From contig CAXWPH010000015.1 in NCBI GenBank assembly GCA_963666055.2, forward strand, positions 1,216,001-1,280,000: a stretch of 64,000 nucleotides of DNA, read 5' to 3'. The position numbers were made by a program, and so were the translations under genes. Under the pieces are notes generated by a model. That model did no database searches. It saw nothing but the letters and a program-made list of their open reading frames with translations, and was not told the DNA's origin. Origin of the DNA: Acidobacteriota bacterium. Lineage in GTDB: Bacteria > Acidobacteriota > UBA890 > WLXD01. Positions within the stretch are counted from its first letter, which is position 1; each line of letters begins with the position of its first letter. Positions 9,528 through 19,058 of this stretch are shown piece after piece.

Positions 9528-9985
9528 GCCATGCCTTAGACCACGACGAGGACTATCCACCGGAATACCTGGCCGGGATTCTCCAGGAGGTGAAGACCAT
9601 CGCCATGGTCGGAGCCAGCTCCGACCCGGCGAAGTTCAGCTACGGGGTGCTGCGCGTTCTGCACGAGATCGGCTACGACATGATTCCCGTCAACCCCAAG
9701 GAAGCCGGCAACGAGATCCGCGGACTGCCGGTTTACGAGTCACTGGCCTCGATCGATCGACCCGTCGACATGGTGCAAGTGTTTCGCACCTCGGAAGCGG
9801 CCTACGGCGTTACCGAGGAAGCCATCGAGATCGGTGCCAAGGTGGTCTGGATGCAAATCGGCGTGCGTAATGACCAAGCAGCAGCGCTGGCGGAAGCGGC
9901 CGGCTTGAAGGTGGTCATGAACCGCTGTCCGAAGATCGAGCTGTTCCGCCCCTTCTGGAAACCCCGCCTCAACCAGACGATCTGA
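9524..9985 (+). CDS. CoA-binding protein (YccU-like)
   Basis: TIAMVGAS..PVNP..VDMVQVFR..VWMQIG..VVMNRC; ATGA overlap with the ferredoxin gene. Confidence 0.9.
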   Translation: MSHALDHDEDYPPEYLAGILQEVKTIAMVGASSDPAKFSYGVLRVLHEIGYDMIPVNPKEAGNEIRGLPVYESLASIDRPVDMVQVFRTSEAAYGVTEEAIEIGAKVVWMQIGVRNDQAAALAEAAGLKVVMNRCPKIELFRPFWKPRLNQTI

Positions 9986-10038
9986 GCTGAGATAGCATGA
10001 CATGGTAGTTCCGAGGCTCGTCTGGCAAGAGGCTCGAA

Positions 10039-10503
10039 ATGCCAGGCAACAGCGTGGCCAGGTGGGCCGCGTTCGAGGTGCTGGTGGAATTCGCCAAAGT
10101 CCAGCGCGTCGTTGCGCGCCATCTGGACGCCGAGCAGGCCGACTGGGCAGTGATCGGGGGACTGGCCTTGGCCGTTCATGGTGCCGGCCGCCTCACGCAC
10201 GACGTCGACATCATTACGGAACGTCGAGCTCAGCCTGCTCTCATCGAGTATCTCGAGTCGCTGGGTTACGAAACGTTGCACCGCTCCGAGGGTTACTCGA
10301 ACCACGCGCATTCGGAAGCGGCGTTCGGACGGCTCGACGTCGTGTATGTGGACGGCACGACCGCCGATGACCTCTTCGCGGCGGCTACGGAGTCGGAGGT
10401 GTTGCCCGAGGTGTTCGCGAAGGTGCCGCGTCCCGAGCATCTCGTGGCCATGAAGGTACTGGCAGCGAAGAACGATCCTAGGAACCAAGCAGCGCCAACG
10501 TAG
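10039..10503 (+). pseudogene. Nucleotidyltransferase-fold protein, probably C-terminally truncated
   Basis: WAVIGGLALAVHG..RLTHDVDII and PEHLVAMKVLAAKNDPR, then an abrupt end without the usual D..D helix. Confidence 0.6.
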
Positions 10504-10533
10504 GGGCTGTTCTTATTCAAGGAGAGGCAACCT

Positions 10534-11037
10534 ATGGATACGCTAGCAGTTTTTGTTCTACAGGTCGTCCTGAGTCTTCTTGTTTACGCTCTCATTGCGA
10601 AGTGGTACGTGACGCCATGGCTCGCAGAAAAACCAACCCATGCGGCGTTGATGGTGCTGATCTTCCCCCACGCGTTTCGGCATCTGGGGTTGGCGTTCTT
10701 GGTCCCAGGGTTGGTTGCCCAACCCCTGCCGAGCTCCTTTGCCTCCGCGGCTGCCTATGGGGACTTTGTCAGCGGCCTGCTCGCACTGCTGTCTCTGGTG
10801 GCTCTTCGAGGACGTTGGGGCGTGGCGCTCCCGTTCGTTTGGCTGTTCAACATTCTCGGCACGGTGGATCTGCTAAATGCACTGAGCCAAGCGGATGCTG
10901 TACCGCATTTGCTGACGACCTGGTACATCCCGACATTTGTGGTCCCACTACTCCTGGTGACTCACTTCATGATCTTTGCCCGGCTGATCAGACGGCGAAC
11001 AGGTACCGCCCGCCTTGGGACCAATGGGCACGACTGA
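10534..11037 (+). CDS. Hypothetical integral membrane protein
   Basis: AAGGAG RBS, about five TM helices, HAFRHLGL motif. Confidence 0.75.
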   Translation: MDTLAVFVLQVVLSLLVYALIAKWYVTPWLAEKPTHAALMVLIFPHAFRHLGLAFLVPGLVAQPLPSSFASAAAYGDFVSGLLALLSLVALRGRWGVALPFVWLFNILGTVDLLNALSQADAVPHLLTTWYIPTFVVPLLLVTHFMIFARLIRRRTGTARLGTNGHD

Positions 11038-11106
11038 AGCAGGAACTGCCGAGAACCTCGTCGACGGCGTCGATAAGGAGAGATAGGCACTGGCCGGGAG
11101 GGCGCG

Positions 11107-11511
11107 ATGCGAGCGATGTTCGGTTTCTTACGGACCATGATGACAATGCGCAAGCCCGTGGTGGGCTGGATCATGCTGTTGATGCTAGTCAACTTGGTCA
11201 TTCCCCTCTTCTTCGCTGGGACTCTAGAAGGTAAGGCAGTCCTGGGAGCCTTTGTGGTTGGGGCACTCCTTCAGGGGTGGATTTTCTCTGCGAAGGGTTT
11301 CGTTCGTCTGCTGTGGATTGGCCACATCGTCTGGGTTCCGATGGTGGCCTGGCTGTGGATACGGCTGGAGGTCGCCCCTGCCGGTAGTCTCTTCAGATAC
11401 TGGCTGCTCGCGACCATTGTCTTGGTGAGCCTGTCTCTGTTTATCGACGCCGTCGACATCATCCGCTATCTGAGAGGTGAGCGGGACCCTTATGTCGAGA
11501 CTCCGGCCTGA
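11107..11511 (+). CDS. Hypothetical integral membrane protein
   Basis: GGAGG RBS and about four TM helices. Confidence 0.7.
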   Translation: MRAMFGFLRTMMTMRKPVVGWIMLLMLVNLVIPLFFAGTLEGKAVLGAFVVGALLQGWIFSAKGFVRLLWIGHIVWVPMVAWLWIRLEVAPAGSLFRYWLLATIVLVSLSLFIDAVDIIRYLRGERDPYVETPA

Positions 11512-11537
11512 CACCAAGATGCGCCGCTCGGGCTAAC

Positions 11538-11672
11538 CCAGGGGTAATGGAATCCGGACTGACTAGCCCCATCTTCTGGCTGGGTATGGGCCTGGCCCTC
11601 ACGGCCGGCTTCATTGCGGCTTGGCCTGTAAACTACTGGCTGGTGGGCAAGGGCATACGCCAGGTCCATTAG
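11538..11672 (+). pseudogene. C-terminal fragment of a DUF4396-like membrane protein
   Basis: PGVMESGLTSPIFWLGMGLALTAGFIAAWPVNYWLVGKGIRQVH*. The TAG stop coincides with the left end of the MITE. Confidence 0.6.
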
Positions 11673-11947
11673 CAGGGTGCTGAAAAACTCTGATGGGTCT
11701 GGCGGGTGGGTCTTGCTGGCGAGATCAAGGAAGAGCGACGAGGGCGATGCCAGGGTCATCGTCGAGGAGCTGTAACGCTGAGATCGCCAGCAACCCCCAC
11801 GCGCCCGAAGGGTTACGGCGTCGTGGAGCCATCTGCAGCGTTGGCCCTCCTGGACGATACGACAAGCATCGCCTGCGTCGCGCCGCCTTGCATCTGGCCC
11901 CACGACGCCGTAACCAGACCCACCAGAGTTCTTCAGCACCCTGCTAG
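11669..11947. mobile_element. 279-bp non-autonomous MITE-like element, copy 1
   Basis: Terminal IR TAGCAGGGTGCTGAAAAACTCTGATGGGTCTGG / CCAGACCCACCAGAGTTCTTCAGCACCCTGCTA (33 bp, 2 mismatches), TTAG and CTAG ends, internal hairpins. Inverted homolog of 14144-14422. Confidence 0.85.
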
Positions 11948-12162
11948 GTGCGTGTCGCAGCCCCACGCGGCTTCTGCTCTGCTCTTCCTGGAGAGGGTCA
12001 ACCGGCTCTGGTCGCGCCTGTTGTGGGTGCCGGATGACGGCCGAACTTCCCAGGACTTCGCCGCTGAAGACTATGCGCTCCCGGAGGAGCCGCGCACCCA
12101 GGTCGACGCGGCCGCCGCCCGGCGTGGGGCGCTGACGGCCCAGACAGAAAGAGGAGTGTGTC

Positions 12163-12978
12163 GTGTCCAAAGAGAGTCTGAATGCCGTAGTGACCCAGAG
12201 GATCGAGATGTCACCCGAACTGGTTCTGCTCCGGGTGGCTCCGGATGGCTGGGAGTTGCCGTTGTTCGAGGCCGGACAGTTCGCTGTCCTTGGGTTGCCG
12301 GGGAAATCGGCACGCATCACCTGGTCGGATCCGGAAGAGGAGCCGCCTGAGCCAGAGCGGCTGATTCGTCGAGCCTATTCGATTGCTTCTTCATCGGCGT
12401 CGAGCGAGTACCTGGAGTTCTACATCATGATCGTCCGTTCTGGACGGTTGACTCCCAGGTTGTTTTCGCTGGAGCAAGGAGATCGCGTTTGGCTGGGGCA
12501 GAAAATTGCTGGGATGTTCACCTTGGAGGATGTGCCAGAAGACAAGGACATCGTGCTGGTCTCCACTGGGACGGGATTGGCACCCTATGTCAGCATGCTG
12601 CGTAGCCATCTGGTTTGTGGAAGCAAGCAGCGCTTCGCGGTGCTTCACGGAGCTCGACACTCTTGGGATCTGGGATACCGGGCAGAGCTCACCACCATGC
12701 ACCGGCTCTGCGACAACTTTGACTACTTCCCTTTGGTCAGTCGTCCGGCTGAAGAGCCGGTGCCGTGGCAGGGCGCCACCGGATACGTCCAGGACCTGTG
12801 GACCGGAGGGGTCCTTGAAGAGGCCTGGCACAGCCGGCCGACACCAGCGGACGCCCACGTGTTCCTCTGCGGAAACCCACGCATGTGCGAGCAAATGGTC
12901 ACACAGCTGGAAACAGAGGGATTTAGGGAACACACGCGTAAAGAGGCGGGCGAGATTCACGTCGAACGCTATTGGTAG
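12163..12978 (+). CDS. fpr: Ferredoxin-NADP+ reductase (bacterial type)
   Basis: RRAYSIAS, GRLTPRL, STGTGLAPYVSM, LCGNPRM and terminal ERYW; GAGGAG RBS. Confidence 0.88.
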   Translation: MSKESLNAVVTQRIEMSPELVLLRVAPDGWELPLFEAGQFAVLGLPGKSARITWSDPEEEPPEPERLIRRAYSIASSSASSEYLEFYIMIVRSGRLTPRLFSLEQGDRVWLGQKIAGMFTLEDVPEDKDIVLVSTGTGLAPYVSMLRSHLVCGSKQRFAVLHGARHSWDLGYRAELTTMHRLCDNFDYFPLVSRPAEEPVPWQGATGYVQDLWTGGVLEEAWHSRPTPADAHVFLCGNPRMCEQMVTQLETEGFREHTRKEAGEIHVERYW

Positions 12979-13055
12979 AAAACCTCGCCGCGGGCGAGCC
13001 TCTCGGTATCCTTGGCGTTCTCAAACATCGTATCGCCGCGCCCGGCCAGTGTGAT

Positions 13056-14090
13056 CTACGCAGCCCACGGCTGCAGGACGATGTTGCCCTTCACCTGGCC
13101 CTCGGCCAGGAGCGTGTGAGCAGCGCCCGCCTGGCCCAGGGGCAGGACGGTATCGAGCAGCGGCTTGATCTTGCCGGCCCTCACCTGCTCGAGGCCCCAT
13201 TCGAGATCCTCGATATCACTGGCCATCACGCCGCGGAGCTGTTTCTGGGCAAAGAAGAGGCTGCGCACGTCGAAAGTCGCCTCCGGGCCTGCCACGAAGC
13301 CGAAGACCACGACCACGCCGAGCGGCTTGACCGCCTCGATACTCTTGGGCAGCACATCACCCCCCAGGTTGTCGATCACGACGTCGGCGCCAGCGCCACC
13401 ACTCCACTCCTGAACCTTGGCCACGAAGTCCTCCTCGCGCGTGTTGATCACCAGGTCCGCCCCAATGCTCTTTGCGAACGCGGCCTTCTCGGCACTCCGA
13501 ACCGTGGTGGCGACCTCGGCCCCCAGGGCCTTGGCGACCTGGATCTGCATCGAGCCCGTACCCGACGCACCGCTGTGCACCAGCACTTTGTCGCCAGCCT
13601 TCACTTCACCGACGCCCCTGACGGCGCGGACGCCGGTCGAAAGCACCATCGGCAGCGTCGCGGCTTCCTCAGGTGAGAGGCCCGTGGTGTCCTTGACGAC
13701 GAAGCGAGCCGGCACAGAGATGTATTGGGCATAGGTGCCCGGTCGGTGCAGGCCCGGCAGGTTGAAGCTGGCCGTTGCGGCTCCAGGACGGGTCTCATAC
13801 TCGGCCGGATCCGTTGGGAATCCCGGCTGCGGGATGACCCGCTCGCCGACGGTGAAGCCCGTCACGCCTTCCCCCACGGCCGCTACTTCACCTGCAGCGT
13901 CGGCGCCCAGGATATGCGGCCATTCCAACTCGGGCACGATCAATCCCTCGCGGATGTAATCCTCCAGGCGGTTCAGCCCGGCGGCGAGGATCTTGATAAG
14001 TACCTCGCCCGCTTGTGGCTCGGGTGTAGGAACTTCTTCAACCTGTAGGACATCGGAGTCGCCGAATTCGCGAATGATTGCTGCTCTCAT
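13056..14090 (-). CDS. MDR-family NADPH:quinone oxidoreductase / zinc-binding dehydrogenase-like protein
   Basis: MRAAIIREFG, ILGADAAGEV, VLVHSGASGTG, GNIVL. Confidence 0.88.
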   Translation of the reverse strand: MRAAIIREFGDSDVLQVEEVPTPEPQAGEVLIKILAAGLNRLEDYIREGLIVPELEWPHILGADAAGEVAAVGEGVTGFTVGERVIPQPGFPTDPAEYETRPGAATASFNLPGLHRPGTYAQYISVPARFVVKDTTGLSPEEAATLPMVLSTGVRAVRGVGEVKAGDKVLVHSGASGTGSMQIQVAKALGAEVATTVRSAEKAAFAKSIGADLVINTREEDFVAKVQEWSGGAGADVVIDNLGGDVLPKSIEAVKPLGVVVVFGFVAGPEATFDVRSLFFAQKQLRGVMASDIEDLEWGLEQVRAGKIKPLLDTVLPLGQAGAAHTLLAEGQVKGNIVLQPWAA

Positions 14091-14143
14091 TTCCGTTTCC
14101 CTCCCTTGTCCGGATCCCCAGACAACTGGTTTCCGATCACGCA

Positions 14144-14422
14144 CTAGCAGGCCGTGGTGAAAGTGTGGTGGGTCTGGTTACGGCGAGTTGGGGCCAGATG
14201 CAAGGCGGCCTGACACAGGCGATGCCCTAGCCATCGTCGAGAAAGGCCAACACCGCAGATGGCCCCAAATCGCCGTAACCCTTCGGGCGACAGGGGGTTG
14301 CGCGCGTATGCTGCGTCGTTCCTCGTCAACGATGGGGTAACCATCGCCTCCTCCTCTCTCCTTGCCTCCACTTCGCAAGACCCTGTCGCCAGACCCACCA
14401 CACTTTCACCACGGCCTGCTAG
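14144..14422. mobile_element. 279-bp MITE-like element, copy 2
   Basis: Perfect 34-bp terminal IR CTAGCAGGCCGTGGTGAAAGTGTGGTGGGTCTGG, CTAG at both ends, two internal stem arms and a CCCTTCGGG hairpin. Confidence 0.9.
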
Positions 14423-14468
14423 TGCATTGGATCGGTTGGTGATGAATTCCCAACGTCTGCTGGTCTCC

Positions 14469-15167
14469 TCACGCGGCGGCTTGCTGGCCCACATAGCGGT
14501 GCTCGTACCGACGCACCGTCGCTTCTCGGTTGGGCAGCGTCTCGAGCAGCGCCGGGATACGCGCGGCGCGGTCGAGCCATTCCCGCAGCTGCGGCCGTCC
14601 ATCCACCAACTCGGGCAGGCCGGTGTATGACTGTAGCCAGACCATGCGGGCCCAGTGCGTGGCGACGTGGAAGGCGAGCAGGCTCTCCACCTCAGGGCCC
14701 ATCTGCTCGATCGTCCGGGCGAGCTCGTCCAGCTCCCTTCCGACCTCCTCGCGCCGCTCCACATCGAGCCACGCCGGGTCGCGCAGCGAAGCGTAGAAGG
14801 CCTGCAGGATCTTGGCGTCCCACTGCTTTATGGCCAACCGCTGCCGGGCTCGGAGGCGTGGGTCGTCAGCGAAAGCGGCGTCCCAGTCGTGAAGGTCGGC
14901 GAGGTACTCGTTGATGATCTGCGACTCATACAAGGTGAAGTCGCCATCGACCAGCAACGGCACCCGGCCGGTAGGGCTGAGCTTCAGGAAGTCGGGGTCG
15001 CGGTCGTCCAGGTCGATCTCGTGAAGCTTGAACGGCACCCCGAGATAGGTCAGCAAGGCGCGGGTCCGGTGGGCGAACGGGCAGCCGTGAGCGCTGTAGA
15101 CCTCGAGCATCGAGTATCCACCATTGGAGTGGTCGAGTGACGGTTCATTCGGGAATGTGTAGGACAT
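14469..15167 (-). CDS. Glutathione S-transferase family protein
   Basis: CPFAHRTR, SPTGRVPLL and LYESQIINEYL. The GST domain itself starts at 15110 (MLEVYS). Confidence 0.85.
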   Translation of the reverse strand: MSYTFPNEPSLDHSNGGYSMLEVYSAHGCPFAHRTRALLTYLGVPFKLHEIDLDDRDPDFLKLSPTGRVPLLVDGDFTLYESQIINEYLADLHDWDAAFADDPRLRARQRLAIKQWDAKILQAFYASLRDPAWLDVERREEVGRELDELARTIEQMGPEVESLLAFHVATHWARMVWLQSYTGLPELVDGRPQLREWLDRAARIPALLETLPNREATVRRYEHRYVGQQAAA

Positions 15168-15187
15168 CGGCTTCTCCTTAGGGCGAT

Positions 15188-15205
15188 CTACTTACTAATA
15201 CGTAG
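15188..15205. promoter_or_regulatory. Degenerate TetR operator upstream of the GST gene
   Basis: CTACTTACTAATACGTAG matches CTACCTACTAGTAGGTAG at 15/18 and sits within a 13-bp hairpin (15179-15214). Confidence 0.6.
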
Positions 15206-15229
15206 ATCGCCCTAGCAAAAAAACGAACT

Positions 15230-15604
15230 TCAGGCGTGCAGGTGGAAGACCTTGTTCATGATCTTCCAGTGCCCGTCGACTCGCAGCAGTGTGAACAGGT
15301 CGGTGTAGCGGTAACCGCCCAGGTTGCCGAGCTCGAGCCGCATGGTGGCGACCGTGTCAGCCGAATCGATGCTGGCGATCCGTGCCTGGAGATCGGGCGA
15401 TGGGTCGCTCGCGTCAGCCCATGTGAAGAGCCGCTCGATGGGACCGGCGAACAGCTCGGCCCCGGCGTAGCCGAAGATCGTCGCCTCCTTGTGGAAGGCA
15501 GGTCTCATGGCGTCGCCACTACCAGATCTGGCGCCATCGATGTATGGCTGAACGGCCTCGGCGATGGCGTCGTGCTCACTGACTCTTGCAGGTGCGGTGC
15601 TCAT
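15230..15604 (-). CDS. NTF2-like / putative lumazine-binding protein
   Basis: YIDGARSG..AFHKEATIFG..YTDLFTLLRVDGHWKIMNKVFH; ATGA overlap with the OYE gene. Confidence 0.85.
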   Translation of the reverse strand: MSTAPARVSEHDAIAEAVQPYIDGARSGSGDAMRPAFHKEATIFGYAGAELFAGPIERLFTWADASDPSPDLQARIASIDSADTVATMRLELGNLGGYRYTDLFTLLRVDGHWKIMNKVFHLHA

Positions 15605-16725
15605 GCTGCCCTCTCGGTGCGCGCCGCAGGCGCGTAGTTGGGATAGTCCGTGTAGCCGACGGGTGTCGGCTCGCCGGAGTACCAGGTTGCGGGATCGGGG
15701 ACGGGAGCGAGCGGCCAGCCGTTGCGGAAGCGCTCCACGAGGTCGGGGTTGGCGAGGAACGGGCGGCCGATGGCGATCAGATCCGCAGCGCCACGGACGA
15801 CGGCCGCCTCGGCACTCTCGGCGTCGTAGCCGCAGTTCCCCATCAGCGGACCGCGGAACACGGAACGGAACTCGTCGAGCGTCATCGGCTCCCCATGTTG
15901 GTGGGAGCCGAAGTCGAGGCCGTCCATGACGTGGAGATACGCCAGACCATACTCGACCAGCTGCTTAGCGGCGTATGTGAAAGTGTCCCGGAAGTCGGGT
16001 GAGCCCATGTCGTTAACCACACCGTTTGGTGAGATCCGCACCCCTATGCGCGCTGCCGGGAGTACCCCCGATACACCCTGGACGATCTCGCGCAGCAGGC
16101 GGAAGCGGTTCTCGACGCTGCCACCGTAGATGTCGCTGCGCCTATTGGTCCTGGATTGCAGGAACTGGTCGAGCAGGTAGCCGTTGGCCGAATGGATCTC
16201 CACCCCATCGAAGCCTGCCTCGCGGGCACGCTTGGCAGCGGCGACGTAGTCGGCGACGATTCCCGGGAGCTCGCTCGTCTGCAGAGCGCGGGGCGTTTGG
16301 TGGAGTTTCCTGCCGAGCGGCGTGCGCACACCATCGCCGGTGATCGGGATGGCCGACGGAGCGACCGGGAGCTCGCCACCCAGGAAGTCGCTGTGAGAGG
16401 CGCGCCCGGTGTGCCAGAGCTGGATAAAGATCCTGCTGTCCCGTTCATGGATGGCGTTGACGATCTGCTTCCAGGCCGCGCCCTGCTCATCGGTGTAGAT
16501 GCCCGGGCTGCCGATCCAGCCGTTGGCCTGCGGGGAGATGGTGGTGGCCTCGGTGATGAGTAGGCCGGCACCCGCTCGCTGGGCGTAGTACTCGGCCATG
16601 AGGGCGTTCGCCAGACGTGAGTCACCGGCGCGGGCACGTGTGAGGGGAGCGAGAACGACGCGGTTGTCGATGTGGAGGCCACGCATCTCGAACGGGCTGA
16701 GAAGTGCTTGTGGAATGGGGATCAT
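15601..16725 (-). CDS. nemA: Old yellow enzyme family alkene reductase (NemA-like)
   Basis: NRVVLAPLTRAR, QLWHTGR, GFDGVEIHSANGYLLDQFL, GRPFLANPDL and GYTDY. AAGGAG RBS before 16725. Confidence 0.88.
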   Translation of the reverse strand: MIPIPQALLSPFEMRGLHIDNRVVLAPLTRARAGDSRLANALMAEYYAQRAGAGLLITEATTISPQANGWIGSPGIYTDEQGAAWKQIVNAIHERDSRIFIQLWHTGRASHSDFLGGELPVAPSAIPITGDGVRTPLGRKLHQTPRALQTSELPGIVADYVAAAKRAREAGFDGVEIHSANGYLLDQFLQSRTNRRSDIYGGSVENRFRLLREIVQGVSGVLPAARIGVRISPNGVVNDMGSPDFRDTFTYAAKQLVEYGLAYLHVMDGLDFGSHQHGEPMTLDEFRSVFRGPLMGNCGYDAESAEAAVVRGAADLIAIGRPFLANPDLVERFRNGWPLAPVPDPATWYSGEPTPVGYTDYPNYAPAARTERAA

Positions 16726-16821
16726 GGGTGGCTCCTTTCGGCTTTGGCCTTTGGTGTTGTCGGCTGGCAAATCAGTCGGGGTGCTCGCCATGGGTCTGTC
16801 TAGTTGACGAGAATCGGTCGG

Positions 16822-16839
16822 CTATCTACTAGTAGGTAG
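16822..16839. promoter_or_regulatory. TetR operator upstream of the OYE gene
   Basis: Near-perfect palindrome CTATCTACTAGTAGGTAG. Confidence 0.75.
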
Positions 16840-16870
16840 TTGAAGAGAACAAAAAAACTCACGGTCACCT

Positions 16871-17434
16871 TTATGCCGCGGGACGGAGGTTGTCTTTCAC
16901 TTGTCGAACGATCGCTTCCAGCTCCTCTCGGCCATGAGCACGCCCGTACTGCAGTGCCCCCTGCATGGTGGAGAAGATCATCATCGCCTGGGTTTCGGGG
17001 CTGCCGGGGAACTGCATCAGACCCCTGCGCCTGCCCTCCTGTAACACCTGCGCGATCCAGTCGATCACGTATTGGATCAGCTCGCACCACTTTGTGCGCA
17101 TGCTCTCCGGGATGACGTTGTAATCCGACTGCACCGCGCCAGCGGCACAGATGCGGTCGCCGGAGCCAAAGGCACCGAAGACGACACGTTCGTACCCCTC
17201 AAACCGCTCCCATGGATCGTCATGCTCGTCGGCCTCCCGGAGAGTCTGGCGTACTAGCTCGAAGTAGCGCTCCGACAGCGCCACACCGAGCGCCTCCTTG
17301 CTGCGGAAGTGGTGGTGGATGCTGGCCTTGGTAATACCCAGACGCTCAGACAAGTCGGCGTAGCTGAACGAGGCGTAGCCGCGTTTTTGCAGCAGCTCTA
17401 GTCCAACCTCGATGATCTGTTCCTTGCGGTCCAC
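16871..17434 (-). CDS. TetR family regulator (NemR-like)
   Basis: GYASFSYADLSERLGITKASIHHHFRSKEAL helix-turn-helix; a Cys (RICAAG) in the ligand domain. Confidence 0.9.
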   Translation of the reverse strand: MDRKEQIIEVGLELLQKRGYASFSYADLSERLGITKASIHHHFRSKEALGVALSERYFELVRQTLREADEHDDPWERFEGYERVVFGAFGSGDRICAAGAVQSDYNVIPESMRTKWCELIQYVIDWIAQVLQEGRRRGLMQFPGSPETQAMMIFSTMQGALQYGRAHGREELEAIVRQVKDNLRPAA

Positions 17435-17476
17435 GGGTGGCTCCGTCGAAGAAATGCGACAGCGATTGAGAGATGA

Positions 17477-17502
17477 TTACCTACTAGTAGGTAGTGTGTC
17501 AA
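17477..17502 (-). promoter_or_regulatory. tetR promoter (-35 TTGACA) with an overlapping operator
   Basis: Minus strand reads TTGACA-CACTACCTACTAGTAGG-TAATCA, with a perfect 16-bp palindrome TACCTACTAGTAGGTA at 17478-17493. Confidence 0.75.
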
Positions 17503-17609
17503 CCCGCTGCGGGACTTTCTTGCACCATCTCGTCGGAGAGCTCTTCGAGCCTGCTGGACTAGCCGCCCCCTCAGGCCAGGGAGCCAGGGCAGCTGGAAGA
17601 TGCTTCTCA

Positions 17610-17858
17610 GCGGGCAACGTGCCCGATCTCGAGCAATTCAGTCCGATGGGCGCGATCCCGTCCACGGTGAGCCTGACCACTTATGCGGGCGGCGACCGGG
17701 ACTTCATCGATACACCGCTCCAGACTGTGGTGAACGAAGTAGAAGCGGGGCTCATAACGCCCAAGATCGGACGCGTCTTTCAACTTGATGACATCGTGGA
17801 AGCGCACCGCTGCATGGAAGACAACGCAGCTGGCGGAAAGATCGTCGTCCTCACCTGA
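17610..17858 (+). pseudogene. C-terminal fragment of an MDR-family oxidoreductase
   Basis: FSPMGAIPSTVSLTTY..KIGRVFQLDDIVEAHRCMEDNAAGGKIVVLT; no N-terminal part. Confidence 0.75.
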
Positions 17859-18141
17859 CGTCGGGAATCTTGACTCTAGGCAATCCCACGAACTCGGGAT
17901 CGCCTCCCATATCTGCGAGACGGTGGTGCCCTGTGCCCCGGCTGAGGTTCGTGTCCCAGAAGCGGACTGACGAACTCGGCAGCCGAGTTGGATCAACTGA
18001 ACTCTCGGCGCACCAACGTAACCAAATGGCGAGGCGCGTACAAGTTACTGGTAGAGCCCGAAAAAGCCGGAGCCGACCGATCTCGCTCAGCTACCGGCGC
18101 CAATGATCCGTCCCCTACGAAGATCACAGGAGGGAAACGAC

Positions 18142-18789
18142 ATGAGAGTTCTATCCGCGACCGCACTGGCGCTGGCATTGATGCTTACGCTGCCCACAAG
18201 GGCGCCGGCAACCGACCGCGTCGAATACCCGACCACGGGCGCTGCAGCGATCGCGTACTACGAAAGCGACGCCGATCGCTGGCTGGACGGACCGGTGGAG
18301 TACCTGATCCTGGACGAGGAGCGTGACGCCTGGAACGAGTTGGTGGCCACGGACCAACGCGCCTCCTTCATTACCCGCTTCTGGGAGCGTCGCGACAACG
18401 AGCACCGAGCGAATCTGTTCAGGGATGCGTTCTACGAGCGTGTCGCCTACGCCAACACCCACTACCGGGACACGCCGTGGCGCGGCTGGAGGTCCGACCG
18501 CGGGCGCATCGCGGTGACGCTCGGGCTGCCGGATCGCGTGCGGCCCATCGGCTCTGGCACCGGGGTCGTCTGGACCTACTTCACGTTCGGGGCACACGCT
18601 GAGGGCAAGGGCTTCAGCAGCGTCACCGGGAGGGTGGAGATCGCGTTCGTGTCGCGGCTTACCAGACGCAACAATTACAGGATCTCCGGGCCACAGGGTA
18701 CTGGCATCTACCCTGCCTACGTGCTGTATGCGCTCGACTGGAGTCGACTGGCTGCGGTCGGGGCGTCAAGCAGGCGGCCCGTCTCTTGA
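18142..18789 (+). CDS. Exported GWxTD-domain protein
   Basis: Signal peptide, WLDGPVEYLI..FITRFWERRD..YERVAYAN..GWRSDRGRI..LGLPD; AGGAGG RBS. Confidence 0.85.
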   Translation: MRVLSATALALALMLTLPTRAPATDRVEYPTTGAAAIAYYESDADRWLDGPVEYLILDEERDAWNELVATDQRASFITRFWERRDNEHRANLFRDAFYERVAYANTHYRDTPWRGWRSDRGRIAVTLGLPDRVRPIGSGTGVVWTYFTFGAHAEGKGFSSVTGRVEIAFVSRLTRRNNYRISGPQGTGIYPAYVLYALDWSRLAAVGASSRRPVS

Positions 18790-18827
18790 GCTGATCGAAC
18801 CCTGAAAGCTGGCGAACGCACACACAG

Positions 18828-18852
18828 AAAAAGCCCCGAGAGGGGTTTTTTC
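18828..18852. terminator. Intrinsic terminator, probably bidirectional
   Basis: AAAAAGCCCC-GAGA-GGGGTTTTTT. Confidence 0.75.
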
Positions 18853-18990
18853 TTCTGGTCTCACTTGCTGTGTGAGAGTGAGTTCCTACTTGTTCCCATT
18901 CCTTTCCCGCCGCAAGGTACGCCTAGAGCGCCTCATCAAGAAACGCCGGCAAGGTCGAAAGTCGCTCGCACGACGTACTGTTCCCTCGCT

Positions 18991-19039
18991 CTCACCATCG
19001 AATGGGGCACTTGGCTCACTCTCGATCCGACTCGATGGA
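18991..19039 (+). repeat. 49-nt 5-prime leader element, copy 1
   Basis: 41/49 ungapped identity to 26035-26083; outer stem CCATCGA/TCGATGG. Confidence 0.75.
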
Positions 19040-19058
19040 TCCCCGATGGACTATCTGA

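Noticed and set aside
11490-12350. ORFs spanning MITE copy 1 as a possible transposase
   Set aside because: No DDE or HTH motifs; these are translations of non-coding repeat sequence.
15179-15224. 13-bp hairpin plus A-run as an intrinsic terminator
   Set aside because: On the transcribed minus strand the U-run precedes the stem, so it fits an operator/promoter region better.
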